Of a stretch of DNA of 64,000 bases, positions 34,372-46,074 are shown piece by piece. This stretch comes from Flectonema sp. DT1601. Lineage: Eukaryota. The stretch covers positions 1,178,001-1,242,000 of the forward strand of contig OZ025791.1 of assembly GCA_964019425.1 (NCBI GenBank). Reading direction: 5' to 3'. The notes under the pieces are model-generated. The model worked only from the letters and a program-made list of their open reading frames with translations. It made no database searches and was not told the DNA's origin. The position numbers and the translations under genes were made by a program. How positions within the stretch are numbered: position 1 is the first letter of the stretch; each line of letters begins with the position of its first letter.

Positions 34372-35327
34372 GTAGCTTTTGGCTAAGGCCCTCCCTGAAG
34401 AGCAAGAACAAAAAAACTACTCGCACCTGAAGAAAACATACACAAAGAATACACTGTAAGCTGTGTTTGTCACAACAGGAGAGAAAAGAAAGAATGTCAA
34501 GGTTGGTCACCTTGCCTATCAACGCACAACATTGGTGGTCTCTACTAGACCCTGAGTGATCCCACTGGATCTCTCATCGTTCATAGTACCCTGTGTGAAG
34601 TTATAAAATCAAAGGTAAACTATGAACTACAAATGACTTAGCCTGTTATTATAATGCCACAGGCAGGCCCTGCATTCAGCAACTATCCAGCAGTGCTTGG
34701 ATGTCCTGATCTTCTTCTAAAAAAAAAGAAAGAAAAACAAAACTGTAGCTGGGATCACTCAGGATCAACAGACTACCAATGCTACCTGTTGTACTTGCTC
34801 ACTATGGGGGGTGATGCCAAACACCCAGAAGTACTAAACTGCTTTCCTTCTTGCTGCCCAGGGGTTTCTGACCAGAACTAATAGAAAATAAAAACAGATG
34901 GGAAACAGTAAAAAGTAAAATGAATATAACTGAAGTTAAACAAGAATGTTGGTCCTAGACAAGACCTTAAACTGACTAACCGGTCTTAATTTTAACTAAG
35001 TGTTAACCTAGTTTCCTAGTTTCTAATATGAAATCTTTTTTCTTTTTTTTCTTTTTGAACAAAATGTAATTATTAATGTAAAAAAATGAAGAAACAGACC
35101 AGAACAGATAGAGAATAAAAAGAAAAGATAATTGCAAGAGTTATTGTAGTAAAAGATTACAAATAAAAAAAAATGCAAGTATCGACACATGATTTAATTA
35201 CACCAGCAGCTAACAAACAACATAAAATTGAAGATCAGTTGCCAGAGTATTTCAACCATGGTAGAATACTCGCCCCTCTGGCAGGGATTATCCCAGACTT
35301 GTCCTTTAATCTAGTTGGACACCATGG
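34372..35327 (-). mobile_element. 1371-bp family partial copy
   Basis: Same sequence as 27373-28340; the first ~100 bp carry different substitutions and a 12-bp deletion. Confidence 0.85.
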
Positions 35328-35870
35328 GAAGTTTGTGAGTCAGGTTCTCGATGCCTTCTCGCAAACCACGAGACAACTTCTCTTTGAATATATTACAGTG
35401 ACAAGCCAGCCTCAACATCAGCAAAGGTTGCGTGTTACGTCACAGTCATACCAACAACTCCAACCGACTCCACCGAGGTTATTTGTAGTGTCAAATGTGA
35501 GCTGCCAACGACAGGCAAGTAAACCAGTCCTGTGCGCGTCGATGGAACTGACACTTTTGCATCCACCGACTCCACCAACTTTGTACATTACAACTGAAAC
35601 AATTCAACAAGATGGTTTTGACATCGGAGCGATTTTTGGGAATGAAACACCATTAGAAAGTAGTAAGAAAGTAGTAATCTTCCCACCTTCGCGAGTTTCA
35701 CCGGTGTTATTAGATGATCTTGGATCAGGCATTGGTATTCTTGGGAACGTGAACCGCTTCTTGGACACAAATCACCCAGCAGACTTTCCAAATGAGAACG
35801 GGAAGCGCACGGCAATACCAGATGAAGAGACAAACGATGTAAACAGAAGATGCCTGTTTGACACTCCAAA

Positions 35871-36344
35871 ATGTCAAGCAGACACACCTTCACATGGGCA
35901 GAAACTGACTATGTGTCTGCACAAGAACTAGGTACCTTTTGCCAAGCCCACATTCCCCACCCCCGCTGCGGTCACACAACGAGCAATGTAGCCGAGTCTC
36001 TGAACGCGGTCTTAGTCCCCCTTCGGAGTTTAAATTACATCGACCTGATGGAGGGAACTCGCAGACACGCTCTGCACAAAGCAGTGACGAGAATGGAGGA
36101 GTTTGCTGCAGAGGTAGAAGGTTGTAGCAAGCTGCGATCCCTTGCCCCTGTCAAGCGGGTACGCAGCAGCTTGAAGGCGAATTACGCTACGGCACGGAAG
36201 GACCACACGGCGAGGGTAAGGGAGGGGGTGTATGAGGTGGAGGATGGGGAGTGGAGATGGACCGTAGATCTTAACGAATTGAGCTGCACATGCAGCAGTT
36301 TCCAAGAGTACGGTGTTCCGTGCTCACATGCTATGTCCGATTGA
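35871..36344 (+). pseudogene. MULE transposase SWIM fragment (duplicate)
   Basis: Identical ORF to 28884..29357. Confidence 0.85.
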
Positions 36345-37839
36345 GCAGTTCAGTGATCGGGAGCCATTGGATGCGGCCTACAGTTTTGTGAAACAGAAAT
36401 TGTGGGTAAAAACAGCAGCAAAGGCTGTTTTTTGAGCTTGTAAAAGCCCTCTGTGGTCGCGGAAAATACACAAACAACCCGCATCATGGCACAGCAGGTT
36501 CAGACACACAGGAGGATTACCGCATCGGGGTTGATAAGCTCGAAAAATACAAATAACATCGATCCCAGATCATGGAACTTCATTAGTAACAGTGCAGCTA
36601 CTTAGATCAGACCTGTTGGGCTGGATCTATAAACTTCCACCTCTTTACCCCACCAGCCTGGCATACTGGATTTTGGGAAGTTGGCGGTTTAGGAACATCA
36701 CAAGGAATTTTGTAGTTTTGGAGAATGTGATACCTTTTGAAATATGGGTAAGCACAAAGCGCTTGGTTGCATCGCTCACAGTAATCTAGTGATTGTGCGC
36801 GCTTTGCGCGAACTGCACACTGACGAGCCTTTTCCATCTTTCCGGGTAGTGTCCCCTGGTAACTTAACTCATTCTTTGTCAGTTTTGGCATCAAACCTGT
36901 AATGGTTACATTAACTACCATTTCAACAGGTTATTTACTTAATTATTTGTTCTAAAAGTTGCTAAGTATTTCTCACTTAGAAATTTTTTATTTTTTTATT
37001 TTCAGCTCAATTAGCTACAAAGTGTTTCTACTAAGTGTTTCTCACTTAGATTTTTTTTTTGCTTTTCAGCTCCTTAAAAGCTGCTAAGTATTTCTGCTAA
37101 GTGTTTCTCACTTAGAATTTTATTTTTATGTTCGTTTTCTATCCCTTCTCCTATCCCTTTTGTTCAAAAAAAGCGGGAGGAAATTCTCTCATTCACGCTA
37201 AGATGCACTCTGAACTTTGATTTTTTGATCTGAGTGTGAGGGAATGACCTGTTAGTGCATTGGGCATAGGCTGGGCTGCAGTTTAGATGTCTTAGGTGTT
37301 AATAGGGGGTTCCTCTTAGCATTTTTCTTTGTTCCCACCTTATGATTTTCTTGAAGAAAAAAAATAGAAGTCATAATGGTGCTTCCCTCTGGAAGGGTTG
37401 TAAGCCATGGTGTCCAACTAAATTAAAGGACAAGTCTGGGATAATCCCTGCCAGAGGGGCGAGGAATTTCGATAAAGTGGGAAGTAACGGACTGGGAGCT
37501 TTTGGCTCCTGCCCTATTCCCGATGTAAACTTTCTTTTTTTTTTTTTTTTTTTTTAACAGGCCCAAAGGGCGACAATGATGGTTGCTGACCAAGGAATAA
37601 TATTCAAATGAATTTTCGTTTCAAAGAAACGAACAGAATTAAGAGAGAGGCAGAGAAAAAAAAAATATGAAGAGGAAATAATCAAACATGAAAAAATAAA
37701 AATAAAAAAAAATAAAATATAAATAAAAAACGTTGTATGAAAAAGGAAAAAAAGAAAAAAAAAAAAAAAAGACCAGAAAAGGAAAGAGAAAATGAAAAGG
37801 TATAATATTATTGTGGGGATATGAGGATAGCAGGGAAAT

Positions 37840-37870
<31 letters not shown>

Positions 37871-38293
37871 ATTTATTATTTAAAAAAAGGAAACAAGCAG
37901 TTTAGCGTCTCGATCAGGATGGAAAATAGAAATTAATCGACATAGTCGATCGATAGAAAAAAAACAATGATAACATTGTTTATTCTTTTTTTTTTTTTTT
38001 TTTTTAAATCCTTTTAATTATTTTAAAGAAAAAACAATCAGTTTAGCGTCTTGACCAGGACGGAAAATAGAAATTAATCGACATAGTCGATCGATAAAAA
38101 AAAAAACAATGATAACATTGTTTATTCCTTTTTTTTTTTTTTTTTTTATATTCTTTTTTTATTAATTTTGAAAAAAAAAAAACAGTCGGTTTAGCGTCTT
38201 GACCAGGACGGAAAATAGAAAGTGATCGACATAGTCGATCGATAAAAAAACAATGATAACATTGTTTATTCTTTTTTTTTTTTTTTTTTTTAA

Positions 38294-40036
38294 CCCTTAC
38301 ACCACCGGAGCTGATATATCAGTCTGAAAAAAAAATTTTTTTTTGCTAAGTGAAAATTTTGCATTTCTGAGTACAACGATTTCACGGGAGAGGTATTATT
38401 GCGATGTCTTTTATGTTCCTTACGTGTTGCGCCGCAATAGTTTTTATTAAATGGTAAATTTTCCATTTGCTAAAGCTGGCCAAAATCAACTTGGGAAATA
38501 TGTCGGTCCACAGTTCTGATGAGGATGCAACAGTATTTGTTAATCCATCGTCGGTGTGCTCCGATTCGTCACTTGACGAAGTATCTGACTCCAAATGGGG
38601 AGGGGAGGTAACAAGGGTTACCAAGAATAAAAACGCGTTTCCAAGAAACGTTAAAGATTAGAGTTGCACGCAAGTCGGAGCTGCAGGTTTTTGAGCTTTT
38701 CTTCAGATAGTCAGTTTTCCAGCTGATGAAGAAAAACTCTGAGGTCTATGCCTCACAGAGGGGAAGAAAATTTAAAACCGGTACGCAGGAGCGAAGGGCC
38801 TTTGTTGGCACAACACTACTGACGCGCCTCCCAATAAAATCTAACCTGGGGGATTCCTGGGGTTTGAATGACATGCTGTTGACCCCCCTGTTGTTCTTTC
38901 CGCAAGTGTTTTCACGTAATCGCTTTGCCGAAATACTGAGGAACTTACACTTCTCTGCGATATTACCTGCTCCCGAGCATGAGGATCCGAAGTGGAGACG
39001 TGTATTTTGAATTCCTTTATCCTGATGCGACGTGGGCATGGTGGAATTTGGACGGATAGTAGTGAATCTGGCTGGAGAAGCAAGAGATTCTTATCCTTCA
39101 AATTGGCTTTGTTTTGGGCAGCTTAGGTACATTTAAACGTACCAGAGCGGCACCAACACTATTAATAACACCATCACTACCGCCTTCTCCACAATCAGTA
39201 TCAATCCCTGATCGCCTCAAGCCAGCTTTGGGACACTACCCCGGAAAGATGGAAAAGGCTCGTCAGTGTGCAGTTCGCGCAAAGCGCGCACAATCACTAG
39301 ATTACTGTGAGCGATGCAACCAAGCGCTTTGTGCTTACCCATATTTCAAAAGGTATCACATTCTCCAAAACTACAAAATTCCTTGTGATGTTCCTAAACC
39401 GCCAACTTCCCAAAATCCAGTATGCCAGGCTGGTGGGGTAAAGAGGTGGAAGTTTATAGATCCAGCCCAACACGGTCTGATCTAAGTAGCTGCACTGTTA
39501 CTAATGAAGTTCCATGATCTGGGATCGATGTTATTTGTATTTTTCGAGCTTATCAACCCCGATGCGGTAATCCTCCTGTGTGTCTGAACCTGCTGTGCCA
39601 TGTTGCGGGTTGTTCGTGTATTTTCCGCTACCACGGAGGGCTTTTACAAGCTCAAAAAACAGGGAAAAAATCTGATTTTTCGATTTAATATCGGCCGTGA
39701 TTTGGCATTCTCTTTACTTGGGCTCCCTCTGACATGATGTTGCGCAGAAACATCATCCCTTTCAAAATACGGGAAGGGAATAACATGCAGCTGCTATGAA
39801 TGGAAACCGTTGAGTACGTTATTGCGACACTGCCGACTTTGTTAGTTCTGCTGAATGTGCAACAACGCACCAAGGTACGCACCGTTAGGTGTGTGGGTGA
39901 CAGGTGCTATTGACCCGTAGGAGTAGTTGTGTCCGGTTTGGTACATAGGTTTTCTGGGGGGGTACCTTTTCTCTTTTTGAAAAAACAGTAAAATTTTGGA
40001 CCCGTCGTTTTGGGGGTTCTTACGGTGGTGTAAGGG
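38294..40036 (+). mobile_element. Non-autonomous piggyBac element (duplicate), TTAA TSD
   Basis: Same TIRs and TTAA flanks as 31307-33049; inserted into the satellite. Confidence 0.92.
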
Positions 40037-40927
40037 TTAAATTCTTTTTATTTATTTTTTAAAGAAAAAAAAAAACGGAAAATAAAAATTAGTCGACAAA
40101 GTCGAACGATAAAAAAAAAACAATGATAACATTGTTTATTCTTTTTTTTTTTTTTTATATTCTTTTTTATTAATTTTGAAAAAAAAACAATCAGTTTTTA
40201 TTCTACCATGGTTGAAATACTCTGGCAACTGATCTTCAATTTTATGTTGTTTGTTAGCTGCTGGTGTATCTTGATCATGTGTTGATACTTGCATTTTTTT
40301 TATTTGTAATCTTTCACTACAATCATTCTTGCCTATATCTTTTATTTTTATTCTCTATCTGTTCTGGTCTGTTACCTCATTTGTCTTGTTTAACTTCAGT
40401 TATATCCATTTTACTTTTTATTGTTTCCCATCTACTATTTATTTTCTATTAGTTCTGGTCAGAAACTCCTGGGCAGCAAGAAGGAAAGCAGTTTAGTACT
40501 TCTGGGTGTTTGGCATCACCCCCCATAGTGAGCAAGTACAACAGGTAGCATTGGTAGTCTGTTGATCCTGAGTGATCCCAGCTACAGTTTTGTTTTTCTT
40601 TCTTTTTTTTTAGAAGAAGATCAGGACATCCAAGCACTGCTGGATAGTTGCTGAATGCAGGGCCTGCCTGTGGCATTATAATAACAGGCTAAGTCATTTG
40701 TAGTTCATAGTTTACCTTTGATTTTATAACTTCACACAGGGTACTATGAACGATGAGAGAGCCAGTGGGATCACTCAGGGTCTAGTAGAGATCACCAATG
40801 TTGTGCGTTGATAGGCAAGGTGACCAACCTTGACATTCTTTCTTTTCTCTCCTGTTGTGACAAACACAAAATACACACACAGCTTACAGTGTGTTCTTTG
40901 TGTATGTTTTCTTCAGGTGTGAGGAAT

Positions 40928-41468
40928 GAATTTCGATAAAGTGGGAAGTAACGGACTGGGAGCTTTTGGCTCCTGCCCTATTCCCGATGTAAACTTTCTT
41001 TTTATTTTTTTTTTTTTTTTTTAACAGGCCCAAAGGGCGACAATGATGGTTGCTGACCAAGGAATAATATTCAAATGAATTTTCGTTTCAAAGAAACGAA
41101 CAGAAATGAGAGAGAGGCAGAGAAAAAAAAAAAAAAAAAAAAAGAAAGAATAGAAAAAAAAAATATGAAGAGGAAATAATCAAACATGAAAAAAAAAAAA
41201 AAAAAAAAAATATATAAATAAAAAACGTTGTATGAAAAAGGAAAAAAAGAAAAAAAAAGACCAGAAAAGGAAAGAGAAAATGAAAAGGTATAATATTATT
41301 GTGGGGATATGAGGATAGCAGGGAGATGCTCTTTTTTTTTTTTTTTTTTTTTTTTTATTTATTATTTAAAAAAAGGAAACAATCAGTTTAGCGTCTCGAT
41401 CAGGACGGAAAATAGAAATTAATCGACATAGTTGATCGATAGAAAAAAAACAATGATAACATTGTTTA

Positions 41469-41503
<35 letters not shown>

Positions 41504-42563
41504 CTTTTAATTATTTTAAAGAAAAAACAATCAGTTTAGCGTCTTGACCAGGACGGAAAATAGAAAGTAATCGACATAGTCGATCGATAAAAAAAAAACA
41601 ATGATAACATTGTTTATTCCTTTTTTTTTTTTTTTTTTTTATTCTTTTCATTTATTTTTAAAGAAAAAACAATCAGTTTAGCGTCCTGACCAGGACGGAA
41701 AATTGAAAGTGATCGACATAGTCGATCGATAAAAAAACAATGATAACATTGATTAATCATTTTTTTTTTTTTTTTTTTTTTTTTAACCTTTTAATTATTT
41801 TTTAAAGAAAAAACAATCAGTTTAGCGTCTTGACCAGGACGGAAAATAGAAAGTGATCGACATAGTCGATCGATAAAAAACAATGATAACATTGTTTATT
41901 CTTTTTTTTTTTTTTTTTTTTTTTTAATCCTTTTTATTATTTTAAAGAAAAAACAATCAGTTTAGCGTCTTGACCAGGACGGAAAATAGAAAGTGATCGA
42001 CATAGTCGATCGATAAAAAAACAATGATAACATTGTTTATTCTTTTTTTTTTTTTTTTTAAATTCTTTTTATTTATTTTTAAAGAAAAAAAACGGAAAAT
42101 AAAAATTAGTCGACAAAGTCGAACGATAAAAAACAACAATGATAACATTGTTTATTCTTTTTGTTTTTGTTTTTTTTTATATTCTTTTTTATTAATTTTG
42201 AAAAAAAACAATCAGTTTAGCGTCTTGACCAGGACGGAAAATAGAAAGTAATCGACATAGTCGATCGATGAAAAAAAACAATGATAACATTGTTTATTCT
42301 TTTTTTTTTTTTTTTTTTTTTTAAATTCTTTTTATTTATTTTTTAAAAAGAAAAAAAACGGAAAATAGAAATTAGTCAACAAAGTCGAACGATAAAAAAA
42401 AAAACAATGATAACATTGTTTATTCTTTTTTTTTTATTTTTTTTATATTCTTTTTTATTAATTTTGAAAAAAAAACAATCAGTTTAGCGTCTTGACCAGG
42501 ACGAAAAATAGAAAGTGATCGACATAGTCGATCGATAAAAAAACAATGATAACATTGTTTATT

Positions 42564-42599
<36 letters not shown>

Positions 42600-44583
42600 C
42601 TTCTTATTATTTTTTAAAGAAAAAACAATCAGTTTAGCGTCTTGACCAGGACGGAAAATAGAAAGTAATCGACATAGTCGATCGATAAAATAAAAACAAT
42701 GATAACATTGTTTATTCCTTTTTTTTTTTTTTTTTATTCTTTTTATTTATTTTTAAAGAAAAAACAATCAGTTTAGCGTCCTGACCAGGACGGGAAATAG
42801 AAAGTGATCGACATAGTCGATCGATAAAAAAACAATGATAACATTGTTTATTCTTTTTTTTTTTGTTTTTTTTTTTTTTATTCTTTTTATTTATTTTTTA
42901 AAGAAAAAACAATCAGTTTAGCGTCTTGTCCAGGACGGAAAATAGAAATTAGTCGACAAAGTCGATCGATAACAAAACAATGAGAATTTCGATAAAGTGG
43001 GAAGTAACGGACTGGGAGCTTTTGGCTCCTGCCCTATTCCCGATGTAAACTTTCTTTTTATTTTTATTTTTTTTTAACAGGCCCAAAGGGCGACAATGAT
43101 GGTTGCTGACCAAGGAATAATATTCAAATGAATTTTCGTTTCAAAGAAACGAACAGAATTAAGAGAGAGGCAGAGGAAAAAAAAAAAAAAAAGAAAGAAA
43201 AGAAAAGAAAAAAAAAAATGAAGAGGAAATAATCAAACATGAAAAAAAAAAAAAAAAAAAAATATATATATAAATAAAAAACGTTGTATGAAAAAGGAAA
43301 AAAAAGAAAAAAAAAAGACCAGAAAAGGAAAGAGAAAATGAAAAGGTATAATATTATTGTGGGGATATGAGGGATAGCAGGGAGATGCTCTTTTTTTTTT
43401 TTTTTTTTTTTTTTCTTATTTATTATTTAAAAAAAGGAAACAATCAGTTTAGCGTCTCGATCAGGACGGAAAATAGAAATTAATCGACATAGTTGATCGA
43501 TAGAAAAAAAAACAATGATAACATTGTTTATTCATTTTTTTTTTTTTTTTTTTTTTTAAATCTTTTTAATTATTTTAAAGAAAAAACAATCAGTTTAGCG
43601 TCTTGACCAGGACGGAAAATAGTAAGTAATCGACATAGTCGATCGATAAAAAAAAAACAATGATAACATTGTTTATTCCTTTTTTTTTTTTTTTTATTCT
43701 TTTTATTTATTTTTAAAGAAAATAGAAATTAATCGACATAGTCGATCGATAAAAAAACAATGATAACATTGATTAATCATTTTTTTTTTTTTTTTTTTTT
43801 TTTTAACCTTTTAATTATTTTTTAAAGAAAAAACAATCAGTTTAGCGTCTTGACCAGGACGGAAAATAGAAAGTGATCGACATAGTCGATCGATAAAAAA
43901 CAATGATAACATTGTTTATTCTTTTTTTTTTTTTTTTTTTTTTTTAATCCTTTTTATTATTTTAAAGAAAAAACAATCAGTTTAGCGTCTTGACCAGGAC
44001 GGAAAATAGAAAGTGATCGACATAGTCGATCGATAAAAAAACAATGATAACATTGTTTATTCTTTTTTTTTTTTTTTTTAAATTCTTTTTATTTATTTTT
44101 AAAGAAAAAAAACGGAAAATAAAAATTAGTCGACAAAGTCGAACGATAAAAAACAACAATGATAACATTGTTTATTCTTTTTGTTTTTGTTTTTTTTTAT
44201 ATTCTTTTTTATTAATTTTGAAAAAAAACAATCAGTTTAGCGTCTTGACCAGGACGGAAAATAGAAAGTAATCGACATAGTCGATCGATGAAAAAAAACA
44301 ATGATAACATTGTTTATTCTTTTTTTTTTTTTTTTTTTTTTTAAATTCTTTTTATTTATTTTTTAAAAAGAAAAAAAACGGAAAATAGAAATTAGTCAAC
44401 AAAGTCGAACGATAAAAAAAAAAACAATGATAACATTGTTTATTCTTTTTTTTTTATTTTTTTTATATTCTTTTTTATTAATTTTGAAAAAAAAACAATC
44501 AGTTTAGCGTCTTGACCAGGACGAAAAATAGAAAGTGATCGACATAGTCGATCGATAAAAAAACAATGATAACATTGTTTATT

Positions 44584-44619
<36 letters not shown>

Positions 44620-46074
44620 CTTCTTATTATTTTTTAAAGAAAAAACAATCAGTTTAGCGTCTTGACCAGGACGGAAAATAGAAAGTAATCGACATAGTCG
44701 ATCGATAAAATAAAAACAATGATAACATTGTTTATTCCTTTTTTTTTTTTTTTTTATTCTTTTTATTTATTTTTAAAGAAAAAACAATCAGTTTAGCGTC
44801 CTGACCAGGACGGGAAATAGAAAGTGATCGACATAGTCGATCGATAAAAAAACAATGATAACATTGTTTATTCTTTTTTTTTTTGTTTTTTTTTTTTTTA
44901 TTCTTTTTATTTATTTTTTAAAGAAAAAACAATCAGTTTAGCGTCTTGTCCAGGACGGAAAATAGAAATTAGTCGACAAAGTCGATCGATAACAAAACAA
45001 TGAGAATTTCGATAAAGTGGGAAGTAACGGACTGGGAGCTTTTGGCTCCTGCCCTATTCCCGATGTAAACTTTCTTTTTATTTTTATTTTTTTTTAACAG
45101 GCCCAAAGGGCGACAATGATGGTTGCTGACCAAGGAATAATATTCAAATGAATTTTCGTTTCAAAGAAACGAACAGAATTAAGAGAGAGGCAGAGGAAAA
45201 AAAAAAAAAAAAGAAAGAAAAGAAAAGAAAAAAAAAAATGAAGAGGAAATAATCAAACATGAAAAAAAAAAAAAAAAAAAAATATATATATAAATAAAAA
45301 ACGTTGTATGAAAAAGGAAAAAAAAGAAAAAAAAAAGACCAGAAAAGGAAAGAGAAAATGAAAAGGTATAATATTATTGTGGGGATATGAGGGATAGCAG
45401 GGAGATGCTCTTTTTTTTTTTTTTTTTTTTTTTTCTTATTTATTATTTAAAAAAAGGAAACAATCAGTTTAGCGTCTCGATCAGGACGGAAAATAGAAAT
45501 TAATCGACATAGTTGATCGATAGAAAAAAAAACAATGATAACATTGTTTATTCATTTTTTTTTTTTTTTTTTTTTTTAAATCTTTTTAATTATTTTAAAG
45601 AAAAAACAATCAGTTTAGCGTCTTGACCAGGACGGAAAATAGTAAGTAATCGACATAGTCGATCGATAAAAAAAAAACAATGATAACATTGTTTATTCCT
45701 TTTTTTTTTTTTTTTATTCTTTTTATTTATTTTTAAAGAAAAAACAATCAGTTTAGCGTCCTGACCAGGACGGAAAATAGAAAGTAATCGACATAGTCGA
45801 TCGATAAAAAAAAACAATGATAACATTGTTTATTCTTTTTTTTTTTTTTTTATTTTAATTCTTTTTATTTATTTTTTAAAAAGAAAAAAAATGGAAAATA
45901 GAAATTAGTCAACAAAGTCGAACGATAAAAAAAAACATTGATAACATTGTTTATTCTTTTTTTTTTTGTTTTTTTTTTTTTTATTCTTTTTATTTATTTT
46001 TTAAAGAAAAATCAATCAGTTTAGCGTCCTGACCAGGACGGAAAATAGAAAGTAATCGACATAGTCGATCGATA
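40928..46074 (+). repeat. Higher-order tandem array (about 2.0-kb period) of GAATTTC-head plus ~110-140-bp triple-hairpin satellite
   Basis: Heads at 40928, 42984 and 45004; ORFs 41957/43977 and 42024/44044 are identical at +2020. Confidence 0.9.

Larger units (their letters stand above)
34467..40062 (+). repeat. Segmental duplication, copy 2
   Basis: Same content as 27480-33075. Confidence 0.9.

Noticed and set aside
41528..41560. Hammerhead ribozyme in the satellite (hairpin followed by GAAA)
   Set aside because: The required CUGANGA box is absent on both strands.
41380..46074. CRISPR-like array of palindromic repeats
   Set aside because: The intervening sequences are homopolymer-rich copies of each other, not unique spacers; no cas genes; eukaryotic context.
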